Assembly: GCA_964623635.1 (NCBI GenBank)
Contig: CAZUUA010000003.1
Location: 69,166 to 133,165 of the forward strand
Direction of reading: 5' to 3'
Origin: an uncultured Ruminococcus sp.
GTDB lineage: Bacteria; Bacillota; Clostridia; Oscillospirales; CAG-272
DNA: 64,000 bases
In this document: positions 11,640 through 21,400 of the stretch, one piece after another
How positions within the stretch are numbered: the first letter of the stretch is position 1
Layout: each line of letters begins with the position of its first letter
Made by a program: the position numbers and the translations under genes
Notes under the pieces: generated by a model
What the model saw: only the letters and a program-made list of their open reading frames with translations
Databases searched by the model: none
What the model was told of the DNA's origin: nothing

Positions 11640-13217
11640 TCACAGCATGGGTGCGATGATGTCTAAGATACAGCGATACAGTCGCCGGAGAAAGGGGACC
11701 TTGCAGTCTTCCAAACGGATCTCCCGACTGACGGCCAACATATGCTGATAGTCCGTTTTGATATCCTGGATCACAGGTGTCTTATACATCCACACACCAC
11801 ATTCGAAATGGAGAAAGAGGCTGCGGAAATCCAGATTTACACTACCCACGGTGGCATACAGATCGTCGCAGACAAAGGTCTTGGCGTGTACGAAACCGGG
11901 GGTATATTCATATACACGCACGCCGTTTTCCAACAGGTACTTGTAGTAGGATTTGGTGGTCTCGTTGATGGTCTTTTTGTCCGGGATACCAGGTGTGATG
12001 ATCCGCACATCTACGCCGCTTCTGGCTGCACAGCACAGGGCCTGCTTCATCTGTTCATCGATGATCAGGTATGGCGTGGTGATCCAGACATACCTTGTGG
12101 CCTGATACAGCATATGCAGGTAGATATTTTCACCCACCGGCTCGTTGTCCAACGGATTGTCCGTATATGGCTGTACGATACCCTGCCCCGTGGGTACCCT
12201 GCGGTTGACCGGACGAAATCGCTCGTAGCTGTTTTCGTCGGGTCTGACCGAAGGCTTGTCCAGATATTCCCACATAGTCAGGAACATCAAGGTAAAGCTC
12301 CAGGCTGCTTCTCCACGTACCAGGACGGCATTGTCCTTCCAATAGCCGTGTGGATGGGTCTCGTTGATATATTCGTCGGCGATATTGACGCCACCGGTAA
12401 AGGCTGTGTGTCCGTCGATGACGCAGATCTTCCGGTGATCCCGGTTGTTTTGTCTGGCATCCAGCACAGGCACAAACGGATGGAACACATGGCACTGGAT
12501 CCCATACTCCTGCAATTCCTTCGGGTACTGGCGACTCAGACGTGTGATGCTGCCGAAGTCGTCGTAGATCACACGGACATCCACACCCTCTGCCGCTTTT
12601 TGGACGAGCACATGGCGGATCGCTTCCCACATCTTGCCGTGACCGATGATGAAATATTCCAAAAAGATATAGTGCTCTGCCTTTTCCAGCTCCGGGATCA
12701 GTGCATTCCAAAACTCTTCGCCAGTGGAATAGTATATGGTTTCTGTATTTCGGTACGGTGGACACATACTCATGCGGTCCATGTACACAGCCTGTCGGCC
12801 GGCGTCCGGATTCTCGGCGTACAGTTGACGCAGCACATCCGATCGGTCTTCCTTTAAGGATTCGGTGATGGAGGTGATCCGGCTCATGGTCAGCTTCACT
12901 TTTTTCGACAGCGTATTGGCACTAAAAATATAGTACATACCCACGCCCACCGGCTGAAACAAAAATACGATCACGATCCATGCGATCTTGTAGCCGGGAT
13001 TGAAATCGGTGCTGATCACATGACAGGCACCCAAAAAAGAGATCACGGAGGAAATGGACACCAAGATGTAGTAATGCTCGGTAAACCGCAGGATCCATAC
13101 AGCAATCAATACGATCTGTACGGCGATCAACAGGCCCACCAGCACGACCCGGCTGAACAGTAGCTTGATCAAGGGGCGCAGGATATTGTAGCTTTTGCGT
13201 TTTTGATTTTTTGCCAT
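11640..13217 (-). CDS. cls: cardiolipin synthase (two HKD motifs)
   Basis: There are N-terminal TM helices and two HKD motifs, HRKICVIDG and HAKTFVCDD. Confidence 0.85.
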   Translation of the reverse strand: MAKNQKRKSYNILRPLIKLLFSRVVLVGLLIAVQIVLIAVWILRFTEHYYILVSISSVISFLGACHVISTDFNPGYKIAWIVIVFLFQPVGVGMYYIFSANTLSKKVKLTMSRITSITESLKEDRSDVLRQLYAENPDAGRQAVYMDRMSMCPPYRNTETIYYSTGEEFWNALIPELEKAEHYIFLEYFIIGHGKMWEAIRHVLVQKAAEGVDVRVIYDDFGSITRLSRQYPKELQEYGIQCHVFHPFVPVLDARQNNRDHRKICVIDGHTAFTGGVNIADEYINETHPHGYWKDNAVLVRGEAAWSFTLMFLTMWEYLDKPSVRPDENSYERFRPVNRRVPTGQGIVQPYTDNPLDNEPVGENIYLHMLYQATRYVWITTPYLIIDEQMKQALCCAARSGVDVRIITPGIPDKKTINETTKSYYKYLLENGVRVYEYTPGFVHAKTFVCDDLYATVGSVNLDFRSLFLHFECGVWMYKTPVIQDIKTDYQHMLAVSREIRLEDCKVPFLRRLYRCILDIIAPML

Positions 13218-13299
13218 AGTTTACATTCTGTTCCTTTTCTAGAGAAAGAGAGAGAACACAGTATGGAGACAACAAAAAAGTCCCCATTATGCTACTATT

Positions 13300-13328
13300 A
13301 TCATACACGATTCTGCGGAAAAAGTCAA
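13300..13328 (-). promoter_or_regulatory. sigma-70 promoter for cls
   Basis: Minus strand: TTGACT, 17-nt spacer, TATGAT. Confidence 0.55.
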
Positions 13329-13339
13329 GTGATTTCCTC

Positions 13340-13368
13340 TTGTTTTTTGCAAAGTTTTGTGCTATACT
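13340..13368 (+). promoter_or_regulatory. sigma-70 promoter (extended -10) for the SGNH hydrolase-GDPD pair
   Basis: TTGTTT, 17-nt spacer, TGcTATACT. Confidence 0.5.
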
Positions 13369-13434
13369 ATCCTTGGTGTTCTGCTATTTCGACAAAACAT
13401 CGTTCTTAGATAACCAATCATGGAGGACAATCAT

Positions 13435-14052
13435 ATGAAAATCTTGTTCCAAGGCGACAGCATCACCGACGCTGGTCGGGACAGAAATGATCCCACCAAT
13501 CTGGGGAACGGCTATCCCAAATATGCAGCAGCCCTGATCGCCGCCCGGCATCCCAATGTAGACTTCACGTTCTACGATCTGGGCATCAGTGGAGACAGAG
13601 CTGAATGTCTCAGAGACCGTTGGCAGAAGGACTGCATCGCATACGACCCGGATCTGGTCTCCATCCTCATTGGGGTCAACGATACCTGGCATCGGGCAGC
13701 GGATGAAAACTGGATGCCCCACGAATATTTTGAGGAGTGCTATCGGTACTGCTTAGAGGAGATCAAGCAGAAGACGCACGCCAAGATCCTGATCCTGGAG
13801 CAGTTCATCGTACCCACCGGTGCGCTTGCCAATGGTCGTGCCGATCTGGACGCCAAGATCCAGGTGACCCGGAAGCTGGCTAGAGAATATGCCGATGCGT
13901 TCATTCCGCTGGATGGACTTATGGCACAGGCCAGTATGCACGTGGATCCGGCGCTGTGGGCTGCGGATGGCGTACATCCTACGGCAGCGGGCGCCCAGTT
14001 CATTGGAGATCTGTATGCCGACGCAGTGGACAAGCTGTTTCCGCTGCTGTGA
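13435..14052 (+). CDS. SGNH/GDSL-family hydrolase
   Basis: Block I ILFQGDSITD, block III GVNDTW and block V DGVHPT are present. The ATG at 13435 is preferred because GGAGGA lies 8 nt upstream; the ORF-track start is 13420. Confidence 0.75.
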   Translation: MKILFQGDSITDAGRDRNDPTNLGNGYPKYAAALIAARHPNVDFTFYDLGISGDRAECLRDRWQKDCIAYDPDLVSILIGVNDTWHRAADENWMPHEYFEECYRYCLEEIKQKTHAKILILEQFIVPTGALANGRADLDAKIQVTRKLAREYADAFIPLDGLMAQASMHVDPALWAADGVHPTAAGAQFIGDLYADAVDKLFPLL

Positions 14053-14073
14053 CCGAATGGAGAAGGAATCATT

Positions 14074-14799
14074 ATGCAAAATATTTATGTAGAGGGACAC
14101 CGGGGCTACTGTGCGCTGTATCCCGAAAACACCATGCTTTCCTATGAAAAGGCCATCGAGCTGGGTGTGGACGCCATCGAATTTGACGTGTGGCTGTCCA
14201 GCGATAAGCAGCCGGTACTGATGCACGACGGAGATACGGGACGTACCTGTGGGGTATCGGGACATCTGCGTGACCGGACGCTTGCTGAGATCAAAAAGCT
14301 GGATCCCTGCTTCCGGGCAAAATTTGGCGACCAGTTTGCCGGCCAAGTGGAGATACCTACGCTGTATGAGCTGCTTGCCATGGTGAAGGAGAAGAAGCCG
14401 ACCCTGAAGCTGGGTGTGGAGATCAAGGAATACACAGAGGAGACCGTGGATATCACCATCGCAGTTCTGGAAAAGTACGGCTTTGATATTCACACGGACT
14501 GCTGGTTCTATGCGTTCAACGGCCGGATCATCCGGTATCTGAAGGAAAAGTACGGCGCTCGCACCATGGGATATCCGGACATCCAGATGCAGGAGTTCTG
14601 CGGCTACGAATGGTATGACGAGATCGGTCTGTCCATGATGTTCGTACATTCGGAGCTTTGTGCTTTCTATCGGGCCAAGGGGCTGCCCATGCATATGTAC
14701 TGCGCCGATTCGGAAGCGGATGTGCGGCTTTGCATCGAACAGGGTGCTTCGCTGATCACAGCCAATGATCCTCGTGCACTGCTGGGGATCGTGCGGTAA
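14074..14799 (+). CDS. glycerophosphodiester phosphodiesterase family protein
   Basis: GDPD signature GHRGY..YPENT...A.ELGVDAIEFDVWLSSDKQPVLMHD. Confidence 0.75.
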   Translation: MQNIYVEGHRGYCALYPENTMLSYEKAIELGVDAIEFDVWLSSDKQPVLMHDGDTGRTCGVSGHLRDRTLAEIKKLDPCFRAKFGDQFAGQVEIPTLYELLAMVKEKKPTLKLGVEIKEYTEETVDITIAVLEKYGFDIHTDCWFYAFNGRIIRYLKEKYGARTMGYPDIQMQEFCGYEWYDEIGLSMMFVHSELCAFYRAKGLPMHMYCADSEADVRLCIEQGASLITANDPRALLGIVR

Positions 14800-14816
14800 A
14801 TTTGTTTTTCCAAAGG

Positions 14817-14848
14817 AAAAGACGACACGATTTTGTGCCGTCTTTTTG
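14817..14848 (+). terminator. terminator after the GDPD gene
   Basis: AAAAGACGACAC-GATTTT-GTGCCGTCTTTTT, with one mismatch in the stem. Confidence 0.65.
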
Positions 14849-14911
14849 TTCGCTGATTACATTAGTTATCCGGGACATTTTTACTTTTCTTTTTTTAGGT
14901 ACGTTTCTCAA

Positions 14912-14945
14912 ATAAAAAACAGACGTTGATCGCTCTCCGTCTGTT
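14912..14945 (-). terminator. terminator after spoIVA
   Basis: Minus strand: AACAGACG-loop-CGTCTGTT followed by TTTTTATTT. Confidence 0.7.
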
Positions 14946-14955
14946 TTCGTTCTGC

Positions 14956-16491
14956 CTATAGAATGATACACACCAGACCACTGGCACCTTCGTTGAGGAT
15001 ACGGGACAGGGTCTCACCGAATTTTTCTCTGGCATCCTCCGGCATATGCCCCATCTTTTCCGTTAAGCTATCACCGACCAGATCGTACAGCGATCGGCCC
15101 AACATATTGGTATCCCATATGCCTTCCGGGTTTTCGGTGAATTCCCTCGTCAGGTATCGCACCAGCTCCTCCGACTGCTGCTCTGTGCCCACGATGGGGT
15201 GTACCTCGGCTGTGATATTGGTCTTGATCATATGGATGGACGGCGCCGTTGCCCGAAGCCGCACGCCAAAACCGCCGGTCTCCTTGACGATCTCCGGTTC
15301 CTCCAGCAGCAGATCATGGACCTCCGGCATGACCACACCATAGCCTTTGGTGTTCACATCCCGGATGGCAGCGGAGAATTTGTCGTATTCCTTTTTCGTC
15401 TCTGCCAACGTGCACAGGGCCGCCATCAGCTCTGTTTCGTTCTCCATGGCGATACCCGTACGCTGGGACAATAGATGATAATACAGGGCATCCGGCAGTG
15501 CTATGTGCATCTGGACACTGCCCTCTCCGGCGTGGATCTGGTCGATGACGACTTCGATCTGGTCTGTTTCCCCGATATACGGCAGAATGGTCTTGCCTGT
15601 GCTTTCTGCCAGTGTCTGACAAAAATCTGTGTTCACACCGTGCAGCTTGTGTATGTTTGCCGCAGCAGACACGATATTTTGGGCGATCCCCTCTTGCAGC
15701 GCCGTCTCTTCCCGGAACACACCCATCCAGGCCGGCAACTGAACCACCACCTCTCGCACGGGAAATTCCAGCAGCACCATTTCCAGGATGTGGGCAATGT
15801 CCTCGGCCGATAGCTCCAAACAATTCACCAATGCCACGGGAACACCGTATTTTTCTTCCATTTGCAAGGCAAGCCGGATGGACTCTTCTCGCTCCGGCAC
15901 AGCTGAGTTGCAGATGATAGCAAAAGGCTTGCCGATCTCGGTCAGTTCCCGGGCAATGCGTTCTTCGGCACCGATATAGTTATCCCGTGGAATGTCGCCA
16001 ACGGTGCCGTCAGAGGTGACCAGCATACCGATGGTGGCGTGCTCGGTGATGACCTTGTGGGTGCCCATTTCGGCAGCTTCTTCAAAAGGAATGGGTTCCG
16101 GCGACCAGGGTGTATGCACCATACGGGTCTGGCCGTTTTCGTCCGTTCCCAATACCTCCGGGATCAGATAGCCAACACAATCGATCATTTTTACCCGACA
16201 TATGGTGGGACTGTCTTCTTCCCCTGTGCGGATCTCCACCGCTTCGTCCGGCACGAATTTGGGCTCCGTGGTCATGACGGTACGACCACCGGCACTCTGG
16301 GGCATCTCGTCACGGGCACGACTGCGGTCGTATTCCCCTGGTATGGCCGGGATCACCACAGACTCCATGAATCGGCGGATGAAGGTGGATTTGCCGCTGC
16401 GTACAGGACCCACCACACCGATGTAGATCTCTCCACCTGTACGCTCTGCTATATTTTTATATAGATCCGGACTGGCTGTAATACTGGACAT
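14956..16491 (-). CDS. spoIVA: stage IV sporulation protein A (spore coat morphogenetic ATPase)
   Basis: The sequence YKNIAERTGGEIYIGVVGPVRSGKSTFIRRFME (Walker A) and the rest of the protein are SpoIVA-like. The ATG at 16491 is preceded by AGGAGG. The ORF-track extension to 16629 is rejected. Confidence 0.9.
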   Translation of the reverse strand: MSSITASPDLYKNIAERTGGEIYIGVVGPVRSGKSTFIRRFMESVVIPAIPGEYDRSRARDEMPQSAGGRTVMTTEPKFVPDEAVEIRTGEEDSPTICRVKMIDCVGYLIPEVLGTDENGQTRMVHTPWSPEPIPFEEAAEMGTHKVITEHATIGMLVTSDGTVGDIPRDNYIGAEERIARELTEIGKPFAIICNSAVPEREESIRLALQMEEKYGVPVALVNCLELSAEDIAHILEMVLLEFPVREVVVQLPAWMGVFREETALQEGIAQNIVSAAANIHKLHGVNTDFCQTLAESTGKTILPYIGETDQIEVVIDQIHAGEGSVQMHIALPDALYYHLLSQRTGIAMENETELMAALCTLAETKKEYDKFSAAIRDVNTKGYGVVMPEVHDLLLEEPEIVKETGGFGVRLRATAPSIHMIKTNITAEVHPIVGTEQQSEELVRYLTREFTENPEGIWDTNMLGRSLYDLVGDSLTEKMGHMPEDAREKFGETLSRILNEGASGLVCIIL

Positions 16492-16607
16492 ACAAAACCT
16501 CCTGTCTTTTCGTCTGCTCCAATATATGCGTGTCCCGGCCTCTTTAGACGTGCTCGGAACAGCATTCCGGAAACCATAGCACTGCACTATATTTTGTAAC
16601 ATTTGTG

Positions 16608-16616
16608 TGTTATAAT
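16608..16616 (+). promoter_or_regulatory. candidate extended -10 promoter element upstream of the EamA transporter
   Basis: TGtTATAAT at 16608-16616 with no good -35. It would give a ~160-nt GC-rich leader. An alternative promoter is TTGACA (16728-33), 18-nt spacer, TACATT (16752-57). Confidence 0.35.
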
Positions 16617-16781
16617 GGAGAAAGGACAAAAGCTACTCCAAAGCCATCGGCGGTACGTAGCTGGGACTTTCCGTTGTCAGGCACGCCGCCGCTACCCTGG
16701 GTGCGACGATCGCCTTACAAAGCGAAGTTGACATAGGTACTGCCATTTGTGTACATTTTTGCAGAAAGAAGACTGACTGTT

Positions 16782-17639
16782 ATGTGGATCGTATTTGCAT
16801 TTGGCTCTGCGCTTTTCGCAGGACTCACTTCCATTTTGGTAAAGTGTGGCATTCGGAAAACAGACTCCACCGTAGCCACTGCCATTCGCACCATTGTGGT
16901 ACTGCTCTTTTCTTGGATCATGGTGTTTCTCGTAGGTTCCCAAGGAGAGATATCCCATATTGGAGGAAAAACGCTGGTGTTTTTGATCCTGTCGGGACTG
17001 GCCACCGGGGCAAGCTGGCTGTGCTATTTTAAGGCATTGCAGCTGGGAGACATCAACAAGGTGGTGCCTATCGACAAATCCAGCACGGTGCTGTCGATCC
17101 TGTTGGCGTTTCTCGTCCTGCATGAGCATATCAGTGTGCCAAAGATCCTTGGTGTCGTGCTGATCACCATCGGTACGTTCTTGATGATCGAAAAAAAGGC
17201 AAGCACCGGCGTCAAAGCGGGAATGCAGTGGCTGTGGTATGCCCTTGGGTCTGCTGTGTTTGCGGCACTGACCTCGATCCTTGGTAAGATCGGCATCTCC
17301 AGCGTGGAGTCCAACTTAGGCACTGCCATTCGCACCGTTGTGGTATTGGTCATGGCGTGGATCATGGTGCTTGTGACAGGAAAAGGACAGGCGGTTCGTC
17401 TTGTACCAAAGAACGAGCTGGGGTTCATCTGCCTGTCGGGATTGGCCACCGGGGCAAGCTGGCTGTGCTATTACAAGGCCTTGCAGGACGGGTTTGCCAG
17501 CATTGTGGTTCCCATCGACAAGCTCAGCATTTTAGTCACCATCGCTTTCTCCTATATTGTGTTCCACGAAAAGCTGACGAAAAAAGCGGCCATTGGTCTT
17601 TGTGGGATCGTGGCAGGAACGCTGCTGATGCTCGTATAA
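16782..17639 (+). CDS. EamA/DMT-superfamily transporter (5+5 TM internal duplication)
   Basis: The two homologous halves each contain ...LTSIL.K.GI...ATAIRT.VVL...WIMV...LSGLATGASWLCY.KALQ...VVPIDK. The ATG at 16782 is preferred over the upstream GTG at 16749. Confidence 0.75.
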   Translation: MWIVFAFGSALFAGLTSILVKCGIRKTDSTVATAIRTIVVLLFSWIMVFLVGSQGEISHIGGKTLVFLILSGLATGASWLCYFKALQLGDINKVVPIDKSSTVLSILLAFLVLHEHISVPKILGVVLITIGTFLMIEKKASTGVKAGMQWLWYALGSAVFAALTSILGKIGISSVESNLGTAIRTVVVLVMAWIMVLVTGKGQAVRLVPKNELGFICLSGLATGASWLCYYKALQDGFASIVVPIDKLSILVTIAFSYIVFHEKLTKKAAIGLCGIVAGTLLMLV

Positions 17640-17685
17640 TATTTTATGAGCAAATGTTCTTCTAGCTTTCGTTTTCTACATGGAT

Positions 17686-17735
17686 AAAAAAGCTCTCGCC
17701 TGTCTTCCTTTTTGAAAAACAGACGAGAGCTTTTG
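17686..17735. terminator. bidirectional terminator between EamA and DUF554 genes
   Basis: AAAAAAGCTCTCGCCTGT-loop-ACAGACGAGAGCTTTTG. Confidence 0.75.
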
Positions 17736-17744
17736 TGTCCGGTT

Positions 17745-18476
17745 TTATAGGATCGTTCTCACCAGATCATAGACGATGGGCACCAGCAGTGCCGGCAGCA
17801 TATTGCCCACCTTGATCTGCTTACCGGCGAACAGGTTGATACCGATGGCAAAGATCAGCACGGAGCCCACCAGAGACAGGTCGGAGATGATGGCGGTCCC
17901 GGTGAACAATGGCTGCAGAAACCGGGCCAGCAGGGTCAGCAGTCCTTGGTACACACCCATGGGGACAAAGGAACACAGCACACCCACACCCAATGTGGAA
18001 GCAAAGATCATGGTGGACACGAAGTCCAAGAGCGATTTGGTATACAGCAGCGTAGCGCCCAGACCTAAGCCATCGTTGAAGGAACCGATGATGGACATGG
18101 CGCCAATGGAGGTTACCAGCGTAGCGGTCACAAAGCCTTCGGTAAAGGTGGCGTTGGCGTGCCGGAACAGCTTCAAGGTCTTCAGTGTATCGCCGATGGA
18201 TTCCAGACGTTCCTCGATCCGCAGCAGCTCTCCCACCATGGTGCCGATCACCAGCGACAGGATCATCAGCATGGTCCCCTGTGTGGACAGACCATCCTCT
18301 GTGACCACCAGCATTTCGGACAGTGTGCCGGAGATACCGATGAACATGGTGGCGATGCCCAGCACCTTCATCATGGCTTCCTGCAATCGTGTGGGTATGC
18401 CTTTTCGTGCCAGCAGTCCTATGCTGCTGCCGACAATAACGGCGATGCAATTGACAATCGTTCCGATCCCGATCAT
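17745..18476 (-). CDS. DUF554-family membrane protein (YdfK/YqgA-like)
   Basis: The N-terminus MIGIGTIVNCIAVIVGSSIGLL and the overall hydrophobic pattern resemble the DUF554 family. Confidence 0.65.
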   Translation of the reverse strand: MIGIGTIVNCIAVIVGSSIGLLARKGIPTRLQEAMMKVLGIATMFIGISGTLSEMLVVTEDGLSTQGTMLMILSLVIGTMVGELLRIEERLESIGDTLKTLKLFRHANATFTEGFVTATLVTSIGAMSIIGSFNDGLGLGATLLYTKSLLDFVSTMIFASTLGVGVLCSFVPMGVYQGLLTLLARFLQPLFTGTAIISDLSLVGSVLIFAIGINLFAGKQIKVGNMLPALLVPIVYDLVRTIL

Positions 18477-18488
18477 ATGGTTATCTCC

Positions 18489-21400
18489 TTAAAACATAGA
18501 AAGCTGGTTGGTTTTGGTCAGTCCCTTCAAGGCACCGTTGCGGTCTAAGATATCTAGCACAGACCTGGACATTTTGGCTTCCTGCTGCAGCTGGTCGATG
18601 GAATATATCTCTGTGCGGTCACGAGCCTGCATGATGCTGTCTGCGGCGTTGGCACCGATACCGGGCAGTGAGGAAAAAGGCAGCCGGATCTTACCGTTCT
18701 CCGGCAAATACTTATGGGCATGGGACTTTTGGATGTCCACAGGTAAAAACTCGTACCCTCTCTGGTAATACTCATTGACCAGCATCAGAGCATCGGCTAC
18801 GTCCACGTCCTTTTGAGACAGCTCGTTGCGGTGCTTGTTCATGTCGGTCAGGGTGTCCTTCACGTGGTCCTTGCCACCCATGACGATCTCGCCGTCGAAG
18901 CCATCGGGAGCCGCAGAGAAATATCCGGCGTAGAAGGCCACGGGATAGTAGATCTTATACCACATCAGGCGTATGGCGTCCATGACGTAAGCGGCGGCGT
19001 GGGCCTTCGGGAACATATACCGGATCTTTTGCAGGGAATCGATGTACCACTGGGGAACATTGTGTTCCAGCATGGCATCCTGCATTTCCTGGGGAATGAT
19101 CACGCCTTTTTTGTTTTTCCGCACGAACTCCATGATTTTGAAAGACAGGCTCTTATCCATATGGTATTTATGGATAAGGGTCATCATGATGTCATCTCGA
19201 CATCCGATCACGTCCGAAATGGTGCAGACCTTATTGGCGATCAGATCCTGTGCGTTCCCCAGCCAGCAGCCGGTACCATGGGTCAGACCGGAGATCTGGA
19301 GCAGGTCGGTGAAATTTTTGGGCTGGGCATCCATCAGCACCCCACGGATAAAGCGGGTACCCATCTCCGGTAGACCCAAGGTGGCGGTCTTGGAGTCGAT
19401 CTGCTCCGGGGTCACGCCGATGGGTTCGGTGGAGGTGAAGCTCTGGTACACAGCCGGGTCACTCAGCGGCACATCCAGTACGGGCACGCCGGAGTATTCT
19501 TCCATTCGCTTGTATTTGGTGGGAATATCGTGTCCCAAAATGTCCAGTTTCAGGATGGTATCGTGAAGGTACTTGAACTCGAAGTGGGTGGTGATGATGT
19601 CGGAATTGGGGTCGTCTGCCGGGTGCTGGACAGGTGAAAAATCGGTGATGTCGTATTCAGCAGGCACGACGATGATCCCACCGGGGTGCTGACCTGTGGT
19701 ACGCTTGACACCTACGCAGCCTGCCACCAGCCGGTCGATCTCTGCCCGGTTGACGGAAATACCTTTGTCTTCCAAATAGTGCAGGATATACCCGTATGCC
19801 GTTTTGTCTGCCAGAGTGCCGATGGTACCAGCCTTAAAAGCTTTGCCAGTGCCGAACAGCACTTCGGTGAATCGGTGGGCATCCCCTTGTACGTCACCGG
19901 AGAAGTTCAGGTCGATATCGGGGGTCTTGTCTCCTTTGAAGCCCAGGAAGGTTTCAAAGGGAATGTCGTGGCCGTCCCGTTCCAGCGGTGTACCACATTC
20001 GGGGCAGTTTTTCTCCGGCAAATCAAAACCGGAACCCACCTCGCCGCCTTCCAGAAACTGGCTCCATTTGCACTTGGGGCAGCGATAGTGCGGCGGCAGC
20101 GGATTGACTCTGGTGATCCCGGCCATGGTGGCGGCAAAGGATGACCCCACCGAGCCACGGGAACCCACCTGGTAGCCCTTGGATTCGCTGTTTTCTACCA
20201 ACTTCCGGGCAATGATGTACATGATGGCAAAGCCGTTGGAAATGATGGAGTTCAGTTCCCGCTCCAGTCGGGCAGACACCACTTCCGGCAGTGGATCGCC
20301 ATACAGCTCCTTGGCAAGGTCCCAGCATTTGGTGGTCAGCTCCTCTTCAGCGCCATCAATGTGCGGTGGATAGTTGCCTTCCGGAATGGGGCGCACCACA
20401 TCGATGCTGTCGGCAATGCGATTGGGATTTTCGATGACCACTTCCCTTGCCAAATCTTCACCCAGGTAATCGAATTCCGCCAGCATTTCTTCGGTGGTGC
20501 GATAGTACAGATAGCTCTCTTTATCGGCGTCCTTGAACTTCATGCCGGACAGAATGATGCGGCGGTAGATCTCGTCTTCGGGATTTAAGTAGTGGGCGTC
20601 GCAGGTGGCGCAGACGGGCTTGCCAGCTTTTCGCCCCAGCTCGATGACACGGCGGTTCAGGTTCCGCAGCTCTTCTTCGTCCTTGACCATACCCTGCTCG
20701 ATCATGAAGCTGTTGTTGGAGATGGGCTGGATCTCCAAATAATCGTAGAAGGATGCCATTTCCAGCAGGTCTGCTTCGGAGCGGCCTTCCCGGATGGCAG
20801 CGAACAGCTCTCCTGCTTCACAAGCAGAACCGATGATCAGACCCTCTCGCAGTTCCTCCAAATGGGAACGTGGGATACGGGGATTCCGGCGGTAGTATTT
20901 TAGGTAACCGTCGGACACCAGCTTGTACAGGTTTTTCATGCCGGCCTGGTTCTTGACCAGAATGATCATATGGTAGGTCTTCAGCTTCAGTGGGTCGGCC
21001 TTTTCGCTCATGGCATAATTCAGCAGACCAATATTGGAGATGCCTTCCTGCTCCAGATCTTCGGCCATACAGAAGTAGATGTTCGCCAGCATTTCGGCGT
21101 CGTCACAGGCTCTGTGGTGGTTGAAATCGCCTAAATTGTAGTGCTTGGCTAAGGTATCCAGCTTGTGGTTCTTCAGGTCGGGGTTCATGTACCGGGACAT
21201 GGCAAGGGTATCCAGATAGGGGTTCAGGAACGGCAGACCCAGGTCTTCGGCTGCCTGACGGATGAAGCCGGTATCGAAGGTGGCGTTGTGGGCGATCAGT
21301 AGCTTATCCCCGATAAAATCGAAGAATTCCGGCAACACCACGTCGATGGTGGGTTCGTTTGCCACCATTTCATCCGTGATCCCGGTCAGCTCCACGATGT

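Noticed and set aside
16492-16560. Sigma-E-type promoter for spoIVA, with CATATATT as a -10-like element at ~16520-16527 on the minus strand.
   Set aside because: I found no convincing -35 (ATA-type) element at the right spacing. The call would be wishful without 5'-end data.
16621-16700. Resemblance of CAAAGCCAUCGG in the EamA upstream region to the c-di-GMP-I (GEMM) core, and a check against the TPP and guanidine riboswitch cores.
   Set aside because: Only one short stretch is similar. The paired GNRA tetraloop and receptor hairpins and the other conserved nucleotides are absent.
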